A stretch of 64,000 nucleotides of DNA, from contig CAVVXN010000001.1 of assembly GCA_963752285.1 (NCBI GenBank), positions 192,253-256,252 of the forward strand, written 5' to 3'. A program made the translations under genes and the position numbers. Shown piece after piece: positions 26,719 through 35,616 of this stretch; within the stretch, counting starts at the first letter, position 1; each line of letters opens with the position of its first letter. This DNA is from an uncultured Planctomycetota bacterium (lineage in GTDB: Bacteria > Planctomycetota > PLA2 > JAEUHO01). A model generated the notes under the pieces. That model saw only the letters and a list, made by a program, of their open reading frames with translations, was not told the origin of the DNA and ran no database searches.

Positions 26719-28476
26719 ATGGAGGAGCTCCGCGTCGATCTCGAGACGTTCCAGGGTCCCCTGGACCTCCTGCTCCACCTCGTGCAGCAGGAGGAGGTGG
26801 ATGTCCAGGACGTTCCCCTGGCCCGGGTCGCGGACCGTTTCCTCGAGATCTGCCGGAGCCAGGTCGAGAAGCTCGACGTGGACCAGGCGGGCGAGTACCT
26901 GGTCGTGGCGAGCCAGCTCCTCGTGCTCAAGAGCCGGGCACTCCTGCCGCGCGACACGCCGCTCGACCTCGAGGAGATCGACCCGCGGCTCGACCTCGTC
27001 CGCCAGCTCCTCGAGTACCGCGGCTTCAAGCAGGTGGCGGGCGAGCTGGGCCGGCGGGCGGGAGACGAGGAGCTCCGTGTGCCGGTCCAGGTCGCCACCG
27101 AGCGCGTCCAGGCGGGCGAGGAGGAGCCGGAGCTCGAGGTCGATCTCTATGCGCTCGTCCGCTCGTTCCAGCGGCTCCTGCGCGAGACGGGGGAGGACGC
27201 GGTCGTGGCGGTGCCGCGCGAGCGGCTCCCGATCACGCACTACGTGGAGATCATGTTCGACCGGTTGAGCGCGGCCGGCGGGCGACTCACGTTCACGGAG
27301 CTCCTCGGTGGAGGTCGCGACCGCTCGTACGTGATCGGCGCGTTCCTCGCGCTGCTCGAGCTGATCAAGCTGAGGAAGATCCTCGTCCTCCAGGACGGCT
27401 TCGGCGAGATCCAGATCGAGGTCCGCGAGGACGCGCTCGAGAGCGAAGCGGGCGGGGAGGCCGGCGCCGCGACGCGGGCCATCGAGCAGCCGGAGCTCGG
27501 CGGAAGCGGGCGGCTTCGGCTCGTGTTCATGGGGAGCCCGCGGTTCGCGGTGCCCTCGCTCCAGAGTCTCGTGGGCGCCGGCCTCGCGCCGCAGCTCGTC
27601 GTGGTCCCACCGCCGCGACCGGCCGGGCGCGGGCAGCGGCGCCGCGAGGTGCCCCTCGCCGAGGAGGCCGAGCGGCTCCAGCTCCCGATCCACCGCACGA
27701 GCGACGTGAACGGCCGCACCTCGCGCGAGGCGATCGAGGAGACGACGCCGGACGTGATCGTGACGGCGGGCTTCGGCCAGAAGCTCGGGAGCGCGCTCCT
27801 GAGCCTCCCGCGCCGGAGGTGCGTGAACCTCCACGCGAGCCTCCTTCCGCGCTACCGCGGCGCGAGCCCGATCGTCGCGGCGCTGCGCGAGGGCGCGACG
27901 GAGACGGGCGTCACCATCTTCGTGATGGACGAGGAGCTCGACCGCGGCCCGATCGTCGCGCAGGCCGCCCTGCCGCTCAGAGGCGAGGAGACGTCGGACG
28001 AGGTGGCCGAGGCCCTCTCGAAGCTCGGCGCCGACCTCCTCGTCCGGACGATTCCCGCCTACGTGGACGGCGAGATCGAGCCCCAGCCCCAGGACGCGTC
28101 CCTCGCCACGTACGCGCGGAAGCTCGCGAAGGAGGAAGGGCAGATCGACTGGTCCCGCTCCGCGCGCGAGGTCAAGGACCACGTGCGCGCGATGACCAGC
28201 TGGCCCGGCGCGCAGACCGCGTGGCAGCCCAAGGTGAAGCACGAACCTCTCCCGCTCGTCGTCACGAAGGTCGAGATCGTGAGCGAGGCCGGCGAGGCGT
28301 CCGCGTCGGGGGCCGCGCCCGGCGCGGTGCTCTCGGCCGAGCCGGAGGGCCTGGTCGTGCAGTGCGGCCTCGGGAGGGTGCGCGTCACGCGACTCCGCCC
28401 GACCGGGGGTCGCGACATGGCGGTGAAGGAGTTCCTGAACGCGCGCCGGGTCGTCGCGGGCGACCGGCTGACGTAG
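26719..28476 (+). CDS. single ORF fusing segregation/condensation protein ScpA (N) to methionyl-tRNA formyltransferase Fmt (C)
   Basis: ScpA part: LETFQGPLDLLLHLVQQEEVDVQDVPLARVADRFL ... AFLALLELIKLRKILVLQDGFGEIQIE. An approximately 30-aa linker follows with no stop (checked codon by codon, 27361-27540). Fmt part: LVFMGSPRFAVPSL, VNLHASLLPRYRGASPI, ETGVTIFVMDEELDRGPI. Confidence 0.7.
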   Translation: MEELRVDLETFQGPLDLLLHLVQQEEVDVQDVPLARVADRFLEICRSQVEKLDVDQAGEYLVVASQLLVLKSRALLPRDTPLDLEEIDPRLDLVRQLLEYRGFKQVAGELGRRAGDEELRVPVQVATERVQAGEEEPELEVDLYALVRSFQRLLRETGEDAVVAVPRERLPITHYVEIMFDRLSAAGGRLTFTELLGGGRDRSYVIGAFLALLELIKLRKILVLQDGFGEIQIEVREDALESEAGGEAGAATRAIEQPELGGSGRLRLVFMGSPRFAVPSLQSLVGAGLAPQLVVVPPPRPAGRGQRRREVPLAEEAERLQLPIHRTSDVNGRTSREAIEETTPDVIVTAGFGQKLGSALLSLPRRRCVNLHASLLPRYRGASPIVAALREGATETGVTIFVMDEELDRGPIVAQAALPLRGEETSDEVAEALSKLGADLLVRTIPAYVDGEIEPQPQDASLATYARKLAKEEGQIDWSRSAREVKDHVRAMTSWPGAQTAWQPKVKHEPLPLVVTKVEIVSEAGEASASGAAPGAVLSAEPEGLVVQCGLGRVRVTRLRPTGGRDMAVKEFLNARRVVAGDRLT

Positions 28477-28489
28477 CGAGGAGGGCGCG

Positions 28490-28939
28490 GTGCAGGGCTT
28501 TCAGCGGCTGCTGGTCCCCATCGACTTCTCGGAGGTCTCCGAACCGACGCTCGACATGGCCGTTCGTCTCCTCGCGCCCGACGGCGTCGCGACGCTGCTC
28601 CACGTGGTCGAGTGGCTGCCCGTGGTCACGGAGGGGGCGTTCGGCGTGTATCCCCACCGGCGCGACATCGAGCAGCTGAAGCGGCTCTCGCGCGAGAAAC
28701 TCGAGGCGTACGCGAAGGCGCGTGAGGGGGTGGGCGTCCGTGTGAAGGTGGGCGAGGGGAAGCCCGCGACCGTGATCCTCGAGGAGGCCCTGGCCTTCGA
28801 CCCCGAGCTGATCGTGATCGGCTCCCACGGGCGAAGCGGCCTCGACCACCTCCTGATCGGATCGGTGACCGAACGCGTCCTGCGGAAGAGCGAGACCGCG
28901 GTGCTGGTGGTCCGCGCCCCGGGCACGCCCGCCGCGTAG
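28490..28939 (+). CDS. universal stress protein (UspA family)
   Basis: RLLVPIDFSE and VIGSHGRSGLDHLLIGSVTERVLRKSETAVLVV. GTG start with a GAGGAGGG SD. Confidence 0.85.
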   Translation: MQGFQRLLVPIDFSEVSEPTLDMAVRLLAPDGVATLLHVVEWLPVVTEGAFGVYPHRRDIEQLKRLSREKLEAYAKAREGVGVRVKVGEGKPATVILEEALAFDPELIVIGSHGRSGLDHLLIGSVTERVLRKSETAVLVVRAPGTPAA

Positions 28940-29020
28940 CCCGCCCGCGACGCCGGTCGCACCCGTTCCGCGCCGGGAATCCGGGCTTCGCGAAGGAGGG
29001 TGTCGAAGGTCCGGGTCCCT

Positions 29021-29031
29021 GGTCGATAGGG
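29021..29031 (+). promoter_or_regulatory. GGTCGATAGGG motif, copy 3, followed 20 bp later by GGTCGATCCG
   Basis: Exact 11-mer 68 nt upstream of the PAS-kinase ATG. The half-motif GGTCGAT is repeated at 29041. Confidence 0.4.
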
Positions 29032-29098
29032 AGGAGCCCCGGTCGATCCGTGCCCCGACCGGCCGCGGGCGCGGTCCACGGTGGGAGGGGGAGGCGCG

Positions 29099-30220
29099 AT
29101 GAACCTCGATCGGATGGCCCTGAACGCCCTCTCGCGCCTCGACGCCGCGAGCCGGGTCGGGCGGGACCGCCCCGCGGACACCCGGTCCCCCCAGGACCGG
29201 CTGCCCCCCGGGCGCCACCGGGTGCTCTTCCAGGCCGCGCCGGTGGCCATCCTGCTCTGCGACCCCCGCGGGCGGATCCTCGACGCGAACGACGAGGCGG
29301 TCCGCCTCTCGGGCTGGCCGAAGGACGCGCTCCGGCGCACGACCGTCCACGCGATCGTCGCGGCGCCGCCCCGCGCCGAGCGCACGGGGCCCTCGTGCGG
29401 CGGGTGCTGGGACGGCCGGTTGGAGCACGCCGAGGGGCCGCCGCGTCCCGTCCGCGTGCTCGAAGGCCGCCCGCTCGGCGGCGAGGACGGCCCGCGACCG
29501 ATGTTCCTCCTCGACCTCGGCGACGAGCGAGTCGCCCAGGACGCGGCGAAGGAGGAGGCCGAGGTCGAGACGATCGCGACCATGGCCCGCGGCGTTTCGC
29601 ACGAGCTGAGCGGTCTCCTGACCACCGTGCTCGGCTACGTGGACCTGCTCCGCCCGCACCTCGAGGCGGGCGGCTCGGGGCCGATGTTCCTCGACGACCT
29701 CTCCCACGCGCTCGACTCGGCGGTGGGGCTCGCGCAGAGCCTCGGCGCGCTCTCTGTGCGCGACCCGGTCACGCCCGCGCCGGTCGCGGTCGCCGACCTC
29801 TTCGCGCGCCTCGTAGAGCCCGTCACGCAGGCTCTCGGTTCGGCCGTGCGCCTCGCGCTCGACATCCCGTCCGACGTGCCCGACGTGTCGGTCGATCCCG
29901 ACCTGGTCTCGGCGGCTTTCGTCGCGGTCGCGCGCGGGACCCGCGCGGCGCTCGTGCAGGGGGGCCGGTTCGAGGTCCGCGTCGCCGCCGTGGACGCGAC
30001 GAGCGTGGAAGTGCTCCTGTCCGACACGGGAAGCGCGGTCGATCCGCGTCAGGCGCACGCGGTCTTCGTCCCGTACGCCCCCTACCGCGCGGACCAGCGC
30101 GGCGCGGGTCCCCACCTCGCCGAGGCGCGTGGAGCCCTCCGGAGGACCGGTGTCGGGATCGAGCTCGACGCGATCGGGGTCCGGGGTCTCTCGCTGCGGG
30201 TCCGGTTCCCCCGGAGCTGA
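29099..30220 (+). CDS. PAS-domain sensor histidine kinase (degenerate ATPase domain)
   Basis: PAS: FQAAPVAILLCDPRGRILDANDEAVRLSGW. H-box: ATMARGVSHELSGLLTTVLGY. The C-terminal HATPase motifs are weak (DTGSAVD, FVPY, GAGPHL). Confidence 0.7.
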   Translation: MNLDRMALNALSRLDAASRVGRDRPADTRSPQDRLPPGRHRVLFQAAPVAILLCDPRGRILDANDEAVRLSGWPKDALRRTTVHAIVAAPPRAERTGPSCGGCWDGRLEHAEGPPRPVRVLEGRPLGGEDGPRPMFLLDLGDERVAQDAAKEEAEVETIATMARGVSHELSGLLTTVLGYVDLLRPHLEAGGSGPMFLDDLSHALDSAVGLAQSLGALSVRDPVTPAPVAVADLFARLVEPVTQALGSAVRLALDIPSDVPDVSVDPDLVSAAFVAVARGTRAALVQGGRFEVRVAAVDATSVEVLLSDTGSAVDPRQAHAVFVPYAPYRADQRGAGPHLAEARGALRRTGVGIELDAIGVRGLSLRVRFPRS

Positions 30221-30329
30221 GACGCAGCGGGCACGGCGGCGGAGATGTCGGGGGGCCGGGATTCGCTCCCGACCCCCCGTCCCTGTATCGGTCCCCTCGG
30301 GGTCACCCGACCCCGCGGAATCCAGAGGC

Positions 30330-30365
30330 ATCGCCGTTCGGTCTCACCCACCGAACGGTGGCGAT
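30330..30365 (+). other. strong imperfect hairpin in the 30221-30537 spacer
   Basis: ATCGCC-GTTCGGT ctcaccc ACCGAAC-ggt-GGCGAT: a 13-bp stem with a 3-nt bulge. No T-tract. Confidence 0.4.
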
Positions 30366-30537
30366 TCTCACACGCGACGTACCGCATGGCGTGCCGCGGG
30401 GACCCGAGGAACGTAAGTCGGTTCCCCGCCACGTGTTGTGCCCCTGCGCGGCCGGCGCGGCCCGGGCACGCCCGTCGCGCCCGGAGGACACGCGTCCTCG
30501 GGCGCCGACGGCGCGCCCGGCGGCTACGATCCGCGAG

Positions 30538-31542
30538 GTGGACCTCCCCCCTCGCCCGGCGACCCGACTCCCGGGCCGCCTCGTCCCCTCCGTTGCCCTC
30601 CTCATGGTGCCGCTCGCGGTCCTGCTCGGGCCCGGGGCCCGGATCGGCCACGCCGAGGCGACACCCTCCGTGACCGTCCGCTGGGACGCGGGCCTCGAAC
30701 GGCTCGGACGGGCGGCCGAGGAGGTCGTGCCGGGGATCGCGCGCGAGGTCGAGCGCCGGCTCGGATGGACCTACGAAGGGAAGCCGCCGGAGGTCTTCCT
30801 CGTTCGTGGCGCCGACCGGATGAGCGAGGTCGCGAGCGCGGCGGTTCCCTCGTGGGCGGTGGGGGCGACCGTGTCGGCCGACGCGCGGATCGTCGTGCGC
30901 GCCGACCTGCTGGCTCTGGGGTACGGGGGCGGGCTCGTGCCCGTGCTGCGCCACGAGTGGGTGCACCTGCTCTGGGGCGCCCACGCGGGCCCTCGGCGCC
31001 GGCTCCTACCGCTGTGGGCGGAGGAGGGGGTAGCCGAGGAGATCGGGGGCGGGGTGAGTGTGGACCAGGGCGCCGCACTCGACCTCGCGGTCACGTTCGG
31101 AAACCTGATCCCCTTCGACGAGCTCCAGACGTCGTTCCCCGCGGACGGCCACGACGCCGACCTGGCGTACAAGGAGAGTCGGAGCTGGGTCGCGCACCTC
31201 GCGTCGCGCTGCGGGTGGTCGGTGTGGCCCGAGATCCTGTCCGACCTCGTGTCCGGCCGGGCGGACGCCTGGGCGCGCGGCGGGAGCCCCTTCGCCGCGG
31301 CGGTCCGGCGGCGGAGCGGGCTCTCGCTCGGGGAGTGCGACTCGCTCTGGCGGCAGGCGATCGAGGCCGAGGCGCGGCCGTGGTTCCACATCTTCCTGCG
31401 CGACCTGCCGGGGCTCCTCTTCAGCCTGATCGGCGTGGCCGCGATCGTCGGATCGGTGGCGTTCTTCCGCCGTCGTCGCCGGGAGATCGAGCGTCTCCCC
31501 GACGACGCGGTCCCCCCGGTCGGTGGCTCCGGCCTCGGGTAG
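30538..31542 (+). CDS. secreted/membrane-tethered HExxH metallopeptidase-like protein (peptidase MA-like)
   Basis: Signal-like LVPSVALLMVPLAVLLGPGA, an HEWVH zinc motif and a C-terminal TM helix (LLFSLIGVAAIVGSVAFF). GTG 30538 or ATG 30604 as start. Confidence 0.6.
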   Translation: MDLPPRPATRLPGRLVPSVALLMVPLAVLLGPGARIGHAEATPSVTVRWDAGLERLGRAAEEVVPGIAREVERRLGWTYEGKPPEVFLVRGADRMSEVASAAVPSWAVGATVSADARIVVRADLLALGYGGGLVPVLRHEWVHLLWGAHAGPRRRLLPLWAEEGVAEEIGGGVSVDQGAALDLAVTFGNLIPFDELQTSFPADGHDADLAYKESRSWVAHLASRCGWSVWPEILSDLVSGRADAWARGGSPFAAAVRRRSGLSLGECDSLWRQAIEAEARPWFHIFLRDLPGLLFSLIGVAAIVGSVAFFRRRRREIERLPDDAVPPVGGSGLG

Positions 31543-31864
31543 GTCGCCAGGGCGCGACGCGGGGGAGGTTGGGGCGGGCCTGCCGTCGGCGGCGAAGAAG
31601 GCGGGGACCCAGGGCACGCCGAGCGGACAGACCCGCCCCGTGATCGTGACCACGAGGAGGGCGACAGCCTGGACCCCGATCTGCTGCAGGACGAGGTGCG
31701 AGGCTCTCATGCCCTGGGAATCGCACGACCCGTGCCGGAGGCCTCGCCGTGGGGAGATTTCCCAAGTCACGCGAGGGCAACGACTTGTGTCTCCACATCC
31801 CCGGTGGACAAGTGGAGAAGTCGGGTGGAGTGGGACTCGGCCCGCCCAATCGCGACAAATGGCG

Positions 31865-34800
31865 TCAGACCCCGGTCCGTCGGCGGTAGACGCGGGCCCG
31901 CGCTTCGCCGTGCGCTTCGACCAGCCGGTGGTCTACGAGCCGCCCCAACTCCCGGTTGACCGTGCGGGGCGAGACGCCGAGCTCGCGGGCGAGAGCGGGG
32001 GCGGCGAGCCAGCGCTTCTCGAGCAGCGTGAGGAGACGTTCCGACCGTGGACCGCGCGCCGCGGGTTCGAGCCGCCGGCCGAGCGCCTTTCGGGTGAGGC
32101 GGGCCCGCTGCGCGATCGCGTTCTCGACCACGTCGGGCGGGACCGAAGGTCCGTCCGAGAGCAGGGCGGCGGCGCGGAGCACGCTGTCGAGCTCGCGGAC
32201 GTTGCCGGGCCACGAGTAGGTGGAGAGCGCCGCGAGGGTGTCGGGCTCGAGGATGCGCGGCGGGTCGAGCTTCTCGAGCAGGTACGCGGAGAGGAGCGCG
32301 AGGTCTCCGCCGCGTTCGCGGAGCGGAGGCAGGAAGATCGTCACGACGCTGAGTCGATGAAAGAGGTCCTCTCGGAAGCGGCCCGCCGCCACCTCGTCCG
32401 CGAGGTCCTGGTGGCTGGCCGAGACGATGCGTACATCGACCTCTCGCGTGCGGGTCCCGCCTACCGGGGTCACGCGCTTCTCCTCGATCACGCGCAGGAG
32501 CGCCACCTGCATGGCGGGCGACATGTCCGCGACCTCGTCGAGGAACAACGTGCCGCGGTGCGCCCGGACGATGACGCCCATGCGGTTCCGGTCCGCGCCG
32601 GTGAACGCGCCACGGACGTGTCCGAAGAGCTCCGAGGCCAGCACGTCGGGTGCGACGGCGCCACAGTTCAAGGGTACGAACGGACCTTGTGCCCGGCCGG
32701 ACGCGGCGTGGAGTGCGTGGGCGATGCGCTCCTTCCCGGTGCCGGTCTCGCCGCGGAGAACGACCGCGCACCGAGACCTCGCGACGCGCATCACCTGGTC
32801 GATGACGCGGCGCCAGGGGCGCGAGCGACCGATCAGCCCCTCGCCCGCGAGCGCCGGCATCTCGGCGGGGCGGCGCCGCACGGCCTCGAGAGCGGTCCGG
32901 CTCGACGGGTCGGCCTTCCGCGTCTCGAAGAACCGGAGGACCGCGCGGACGGCGCGGATCTCGCGCCTCGTGAACTTCCGGCGTCGTGCCAGGCACGCCA
33001 CACCGTCGCCGATCGGCACACAGAGCACGCTGCGCGGCCGTCGCTGTTCCGGCCGCCAGAACTCGGGCCGCGGCCGGACGCCCCGCGGCCGAAAATGCCG
33101 CTCGCGCACGAGACAGTGGATCGTCCACGTCGAGAGCGTGTGCTCGGCCTGCGGCCGCATGTAGAGGTAGTCGCCGCGCCGGTAGTGGAAGAGCACCCAC
33201 CCCCCGACCATCCGCGCGAGCTCCCGAGTCAACCGCCGCTCGATCTCGTCCTCCCGCCCCACACGCCCCGCCGCAATCAGCGCATCCAAGGCATCAATCA
33301 CCCGCGCTGGGCGTGCGCGTCCACTCGTAACTGCAACCCGCCTAGCCAGCGCCCTGACACAAACAGGCAAATTCCGCAGCGCTGGGCCGTCGAAGCCGTG
33401 TGCCTTCGCCACTCGCTCACAACATGATCTGTAGTCCTCAAGAAGGGGTATGGATGGTTCCCGCCCAAATCGTCTCGAAAGCCCGGCCAACTTGACGTAT
33501 GCATCCAGCCCACACGCCAGTGCACCGATGGCCGAAGCCAGGTCGGATGCCCAAATGTGCTGGCGTGCCGCCGCGAGCGAGAGGAGAAGGTGTCTGGCCC
33601 ACGACGGCTCACCGCGCGCCTCGCGGCTGAGGTACTGGCGGTACTTCCGGGGGACTGGTCGGCCTCTCCACGTGCTGCCGCACAGCCGCAGGAGCAAGCC
33701 CTCGCTGACGCTGGGCGCCTCCGGGCTTGCGAGTACCGGTGCCGCGGAGGACCTTGCTTCGCGGTACTGCGCCAGAAGAGGCGCCGGACTCGCCATCGCG
33801 TGCTCCGTGCCGGGAGAGTTCCGCAATCCGGGTGGGAGTACTCCAAGCGAGTGCAAATGCAGGGCGACGCGGCTCTCATCAGGCAACGACGCGGCCTTGC
33901 GCGCCAGACCCGTGAACCGGTTCTTGTCTAGTGCTTCGAGTACGCTGAGGTGGATTCGCAGTTCCGGTGTCATCGGGATGCGCGTCGAGCCAAACCGATG
34001 GGATTTGTCCAGAAGCTTGGCGCGCGTGGGATGAAGGCGATAGCCCTGACCCGCTCGCTCCATGACGTCCACAATCAAGGACGCTCGAGAGCGTGAAAGG
34101 TGCCCGGCTCGGTGCTCCGAAACCGCGCAGTCCGTCGTGGCGTTCCACGCGGACGATCTGATGCCAGCGAGTAATACTGTGCGCAAACCACGGTGGACAA
34201 CACGAGTAATCTGCGTGCGTTCGAACTGCCACGCCATGCGTCTTCGAAACGAGCGGGCCAGAGCTGCCATCTTCTTCAGGCCGGCGGCGCGGCAACGCAC
34301 TTCCGCCCGCATTGCAAGTCGATGGCGATATGTCACCGGATGAGCCGAATACGAGGCGGCGACCGCGAGCCCGTAGGCGGCGAAGGCTCGCATAATGAGC
34401 GCCGCGCCTGGCGGCGCCGAGCGCAGGTGTGTCCGGATGCCCGCGATCGTCGGCCGGTCTCGCTGCAGGATCGCCGCCAGAATCGCCTGCGCGTATGGAG
34501 ATAGGCCACTCAAGTGGCGGTGAAGCTTGCCCGCTATCAATTTGTAGACACTGCGCGCGATGCGACGCTGTCCATCTGTCTTAGGCAACATGACGACCAA
34601 GTGTTCAGCGATCTGCAGCAGTCGTAATTGTGAATCCGAACGCCGCGCGAGCCAGCGCAATTTGGCGAGGTACCCCTCGTGCTCTGCGTTCTGCCGCAGA
34701 AGGAATGAAGATGCGCTCCGGGATCTGCGTCGTCGCGGACGGTCCAGGAACAGCGTGCGCACAAACCGCAGGGTGGCCGGTGTGGGGTCGCAGTAGGTCA

Positions 34801-35050
34801 GCAGCATCGCGAGAGCCAAGGAGTGGGCCGGAACAGCAGAATTGATGCTGATCGCGATGACCGTGGGGGCGGGCCGGCCTCGCGCCCGCCTTCTCGACAG
34901 CTCCAGCGCGAGGGCCATGGCGCCGTCAGTCGCCTCCGGACGCGGGATCACAACTCTGCGCCCGACGCGCCGGTTCGCCCCCGTTCCCTTATGGGGACCC
35001 CTCGGCCTACTCCCCGAAACCGCAACTAACAAGGGGCGAACATACATCAC
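31865..35050 (-). CDS. sigma54-dependent transcriptional activator (GAF-like + AAA+ + wHTH) with ~580-aa N-terminal extension of unknown function
   Basis: AAA+ core: VLRGETGTGKERIAHALH, GAFTGA, GTLFLDEVADMS, WPGNVREL. C-terminal HTH: LARELGVSPRTVNRELGRL. The ORF is uninterrupted for 1061 codons although its upstream 1.7 kb lies in lower-GC DNA. First codons are GTG 35050 and ATG 35047; the true start is uncertain. Confidence 0.7.
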   Translation of the reverse strand: MMYVRPLLVAVSGSRPRGPHKGTGANRRVGRRVVIPRPEATDGAMALALELSRRRARGRPAPTVIAISINSAVPAHSLALAMLLTYCDPTPATLRFVRTLFLDRPRRRRSRSASSFLLRQNAEHEGYLAKLRWLARRSDSQLRLLQIAEHLVVMLPKTDGQRRIARSVYKLIAGKLHRHLSGLSPYAQAILAAILQRDRPTIAGIRTHLRSAPPGAALIMRAFAAYGLAVAASYSAHPVTYRHRLAMRAEVRCRAAGLKKMAALARSFRRRMAWQFERTQITRVVHRGLRTVLLAGIRSSAWNATTDCAVSEHRAGHLSRSRASLIVDVMERAGQGYRLHPTRAKLLDKSHRFGSTRIPMTPELRIHLSVLEALDKNRFTGLARKAASLPDESRVALHLHSLGVLPPGLRNSPGTEHAMASPAPLLAQYREARSSAAPVLASPEAPSVSEGLLLRLCGSTWRGRPVPRKYRQYLSREARGEPSWARHLLLSLAAARQHIWASDLASAIGALACGLDAYVKLAGLSRRFGREPSIPLLEDYRSCCERVAKAHGFDGPALRNLPVCVRALARRVAVTSGRARPARVIDALDALIAAGRVGREDEIERRLTRELARMVGGWVLFHYRRGDYLYMRPQAEHTLSTWTIHCLVRERHFRPRGVRPRPEFWRPEQRRPRSVLCVPIGDGVACLARRRKFTRREIRAVRAVLRFFETRKADPSSRTALEAVRRRPAEMPALAGEGLIGRSRPWRRVIDQVMRVARSRCAVVLRGETGTGKERIAHALHAASGRAQGPFVPLNCGAVAPDVLASELFGHVRGAFTGADRNRMGVIVRAHRGTLFLDEVADMSPAMQVALLRVIEEKRVTPVGGTRTREVDVRIVSASHQDLADEVAAGRFREDLFHRLSVVTIFLPPLRERGGDLALLSAYLLEKLDPPRILEPDTLAALSTYSWPGNVRELDSVLRAAALLSDGPSVPPDVVENAIAQRARLTRKALGRRLEPAARGPRSERLLTLLEKRWLAAPALARELGVSPRTVNRELGRLVDHRLVEAHGEARARVYRRRTGV

Positions 35051-35156
35051 TCCGGATCATCCACTACCCGCGGAGTGCCGTGCAAGGCCTAAAACTACGG
35101 GCCCCACCCGCCAGAGGACATCTGGGTCCGGTGTTCAGAAATCTAAACGCCCAAAG

Positions 35157-35185
35157 TTGAGATTTCGCGCGGCGTGTCCTATTCT
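35157..35185 (+). promoter_or_regulatory. sigma70-like promoter candidate TTGAGA-N17-TATTCT
   Basis: Read directly in the AT-richer spacer, 58 nt upstream of ATG 35243. It overlaps the inverted repeat GAAATCT-N15-AGATTTC (35138-35166). Confidence 0.3.
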
Positions 35186-35242
35186 CTCACCACCTCGATG
35201 GGCGCTCGGTGCGTCGAGGAGTAGCACGTGGAGGGTGGCTCG

Positions 35243-35578
35243 ATGCGAAAGCTCGTGGCGCTCACGTTAGTGGTCGCCGTAGCCATAGCGCTGACGGCAT
35301 CGGCGAAGGCTGGCCCGAGCCCGATGGGCGTGCGGTATCAGCACGACGGCTTCCTCGGGACTCTGAGTTTCGCCGAAGCGCAGGGGCATCTCTATATCGC
35401 GGAAGATTCGCATGGTCTCCCGGTCGGCACCGGGCCCATCCCCCTTCCGCTGTGGAGCGTGCCGACGCCCAACTGTGGGCCGGACAAGAACGGGACGATC
35501 CTACGGGTGCACATCCTCCCGGAGGACATCCTTGTCACCATCTCGGACAACGACGAAGACTGGCGCTGGCTGCGCTAG
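35243..35578 (+). CDS. orphan small secreted protein (111 aa)
   Basis: GGAGGG SD 7 nt upstream of the ATG. Signal peptide MRKLVALTLVVAVAIALTASAKA. The mature part has no recognisable family. A hairpin terminator follows. Confidence 0.5.
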   Translation: MRKLVALTLVVAVAIALTASAKAGPSPMGVRYQHDGFLGTLSFAEAQGHLYIAEDSHGLPVGTGPIPLPLWSVPTPNCGPDKNGTILRVHILPEDILVTISDNDEDWRWLR

Positions 35579-35616
35579 CCACGATCCAAGTTCGAGATCC
35601 GCTTGGGCAACACTCG

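Noticed and set aside
31006-31770. Minus-strand ORF whose first 45 aa (MRASHLVLQQIGVQAVALLVVTITG..) look like a small TM protein in the 31543-31864 spacer.
   Set aside because: It has no stop for 230 further codons and runs antisense through the peptidase gene as P/R/G-rich sequence. There is no SD. It is best explained as a shadow frame.
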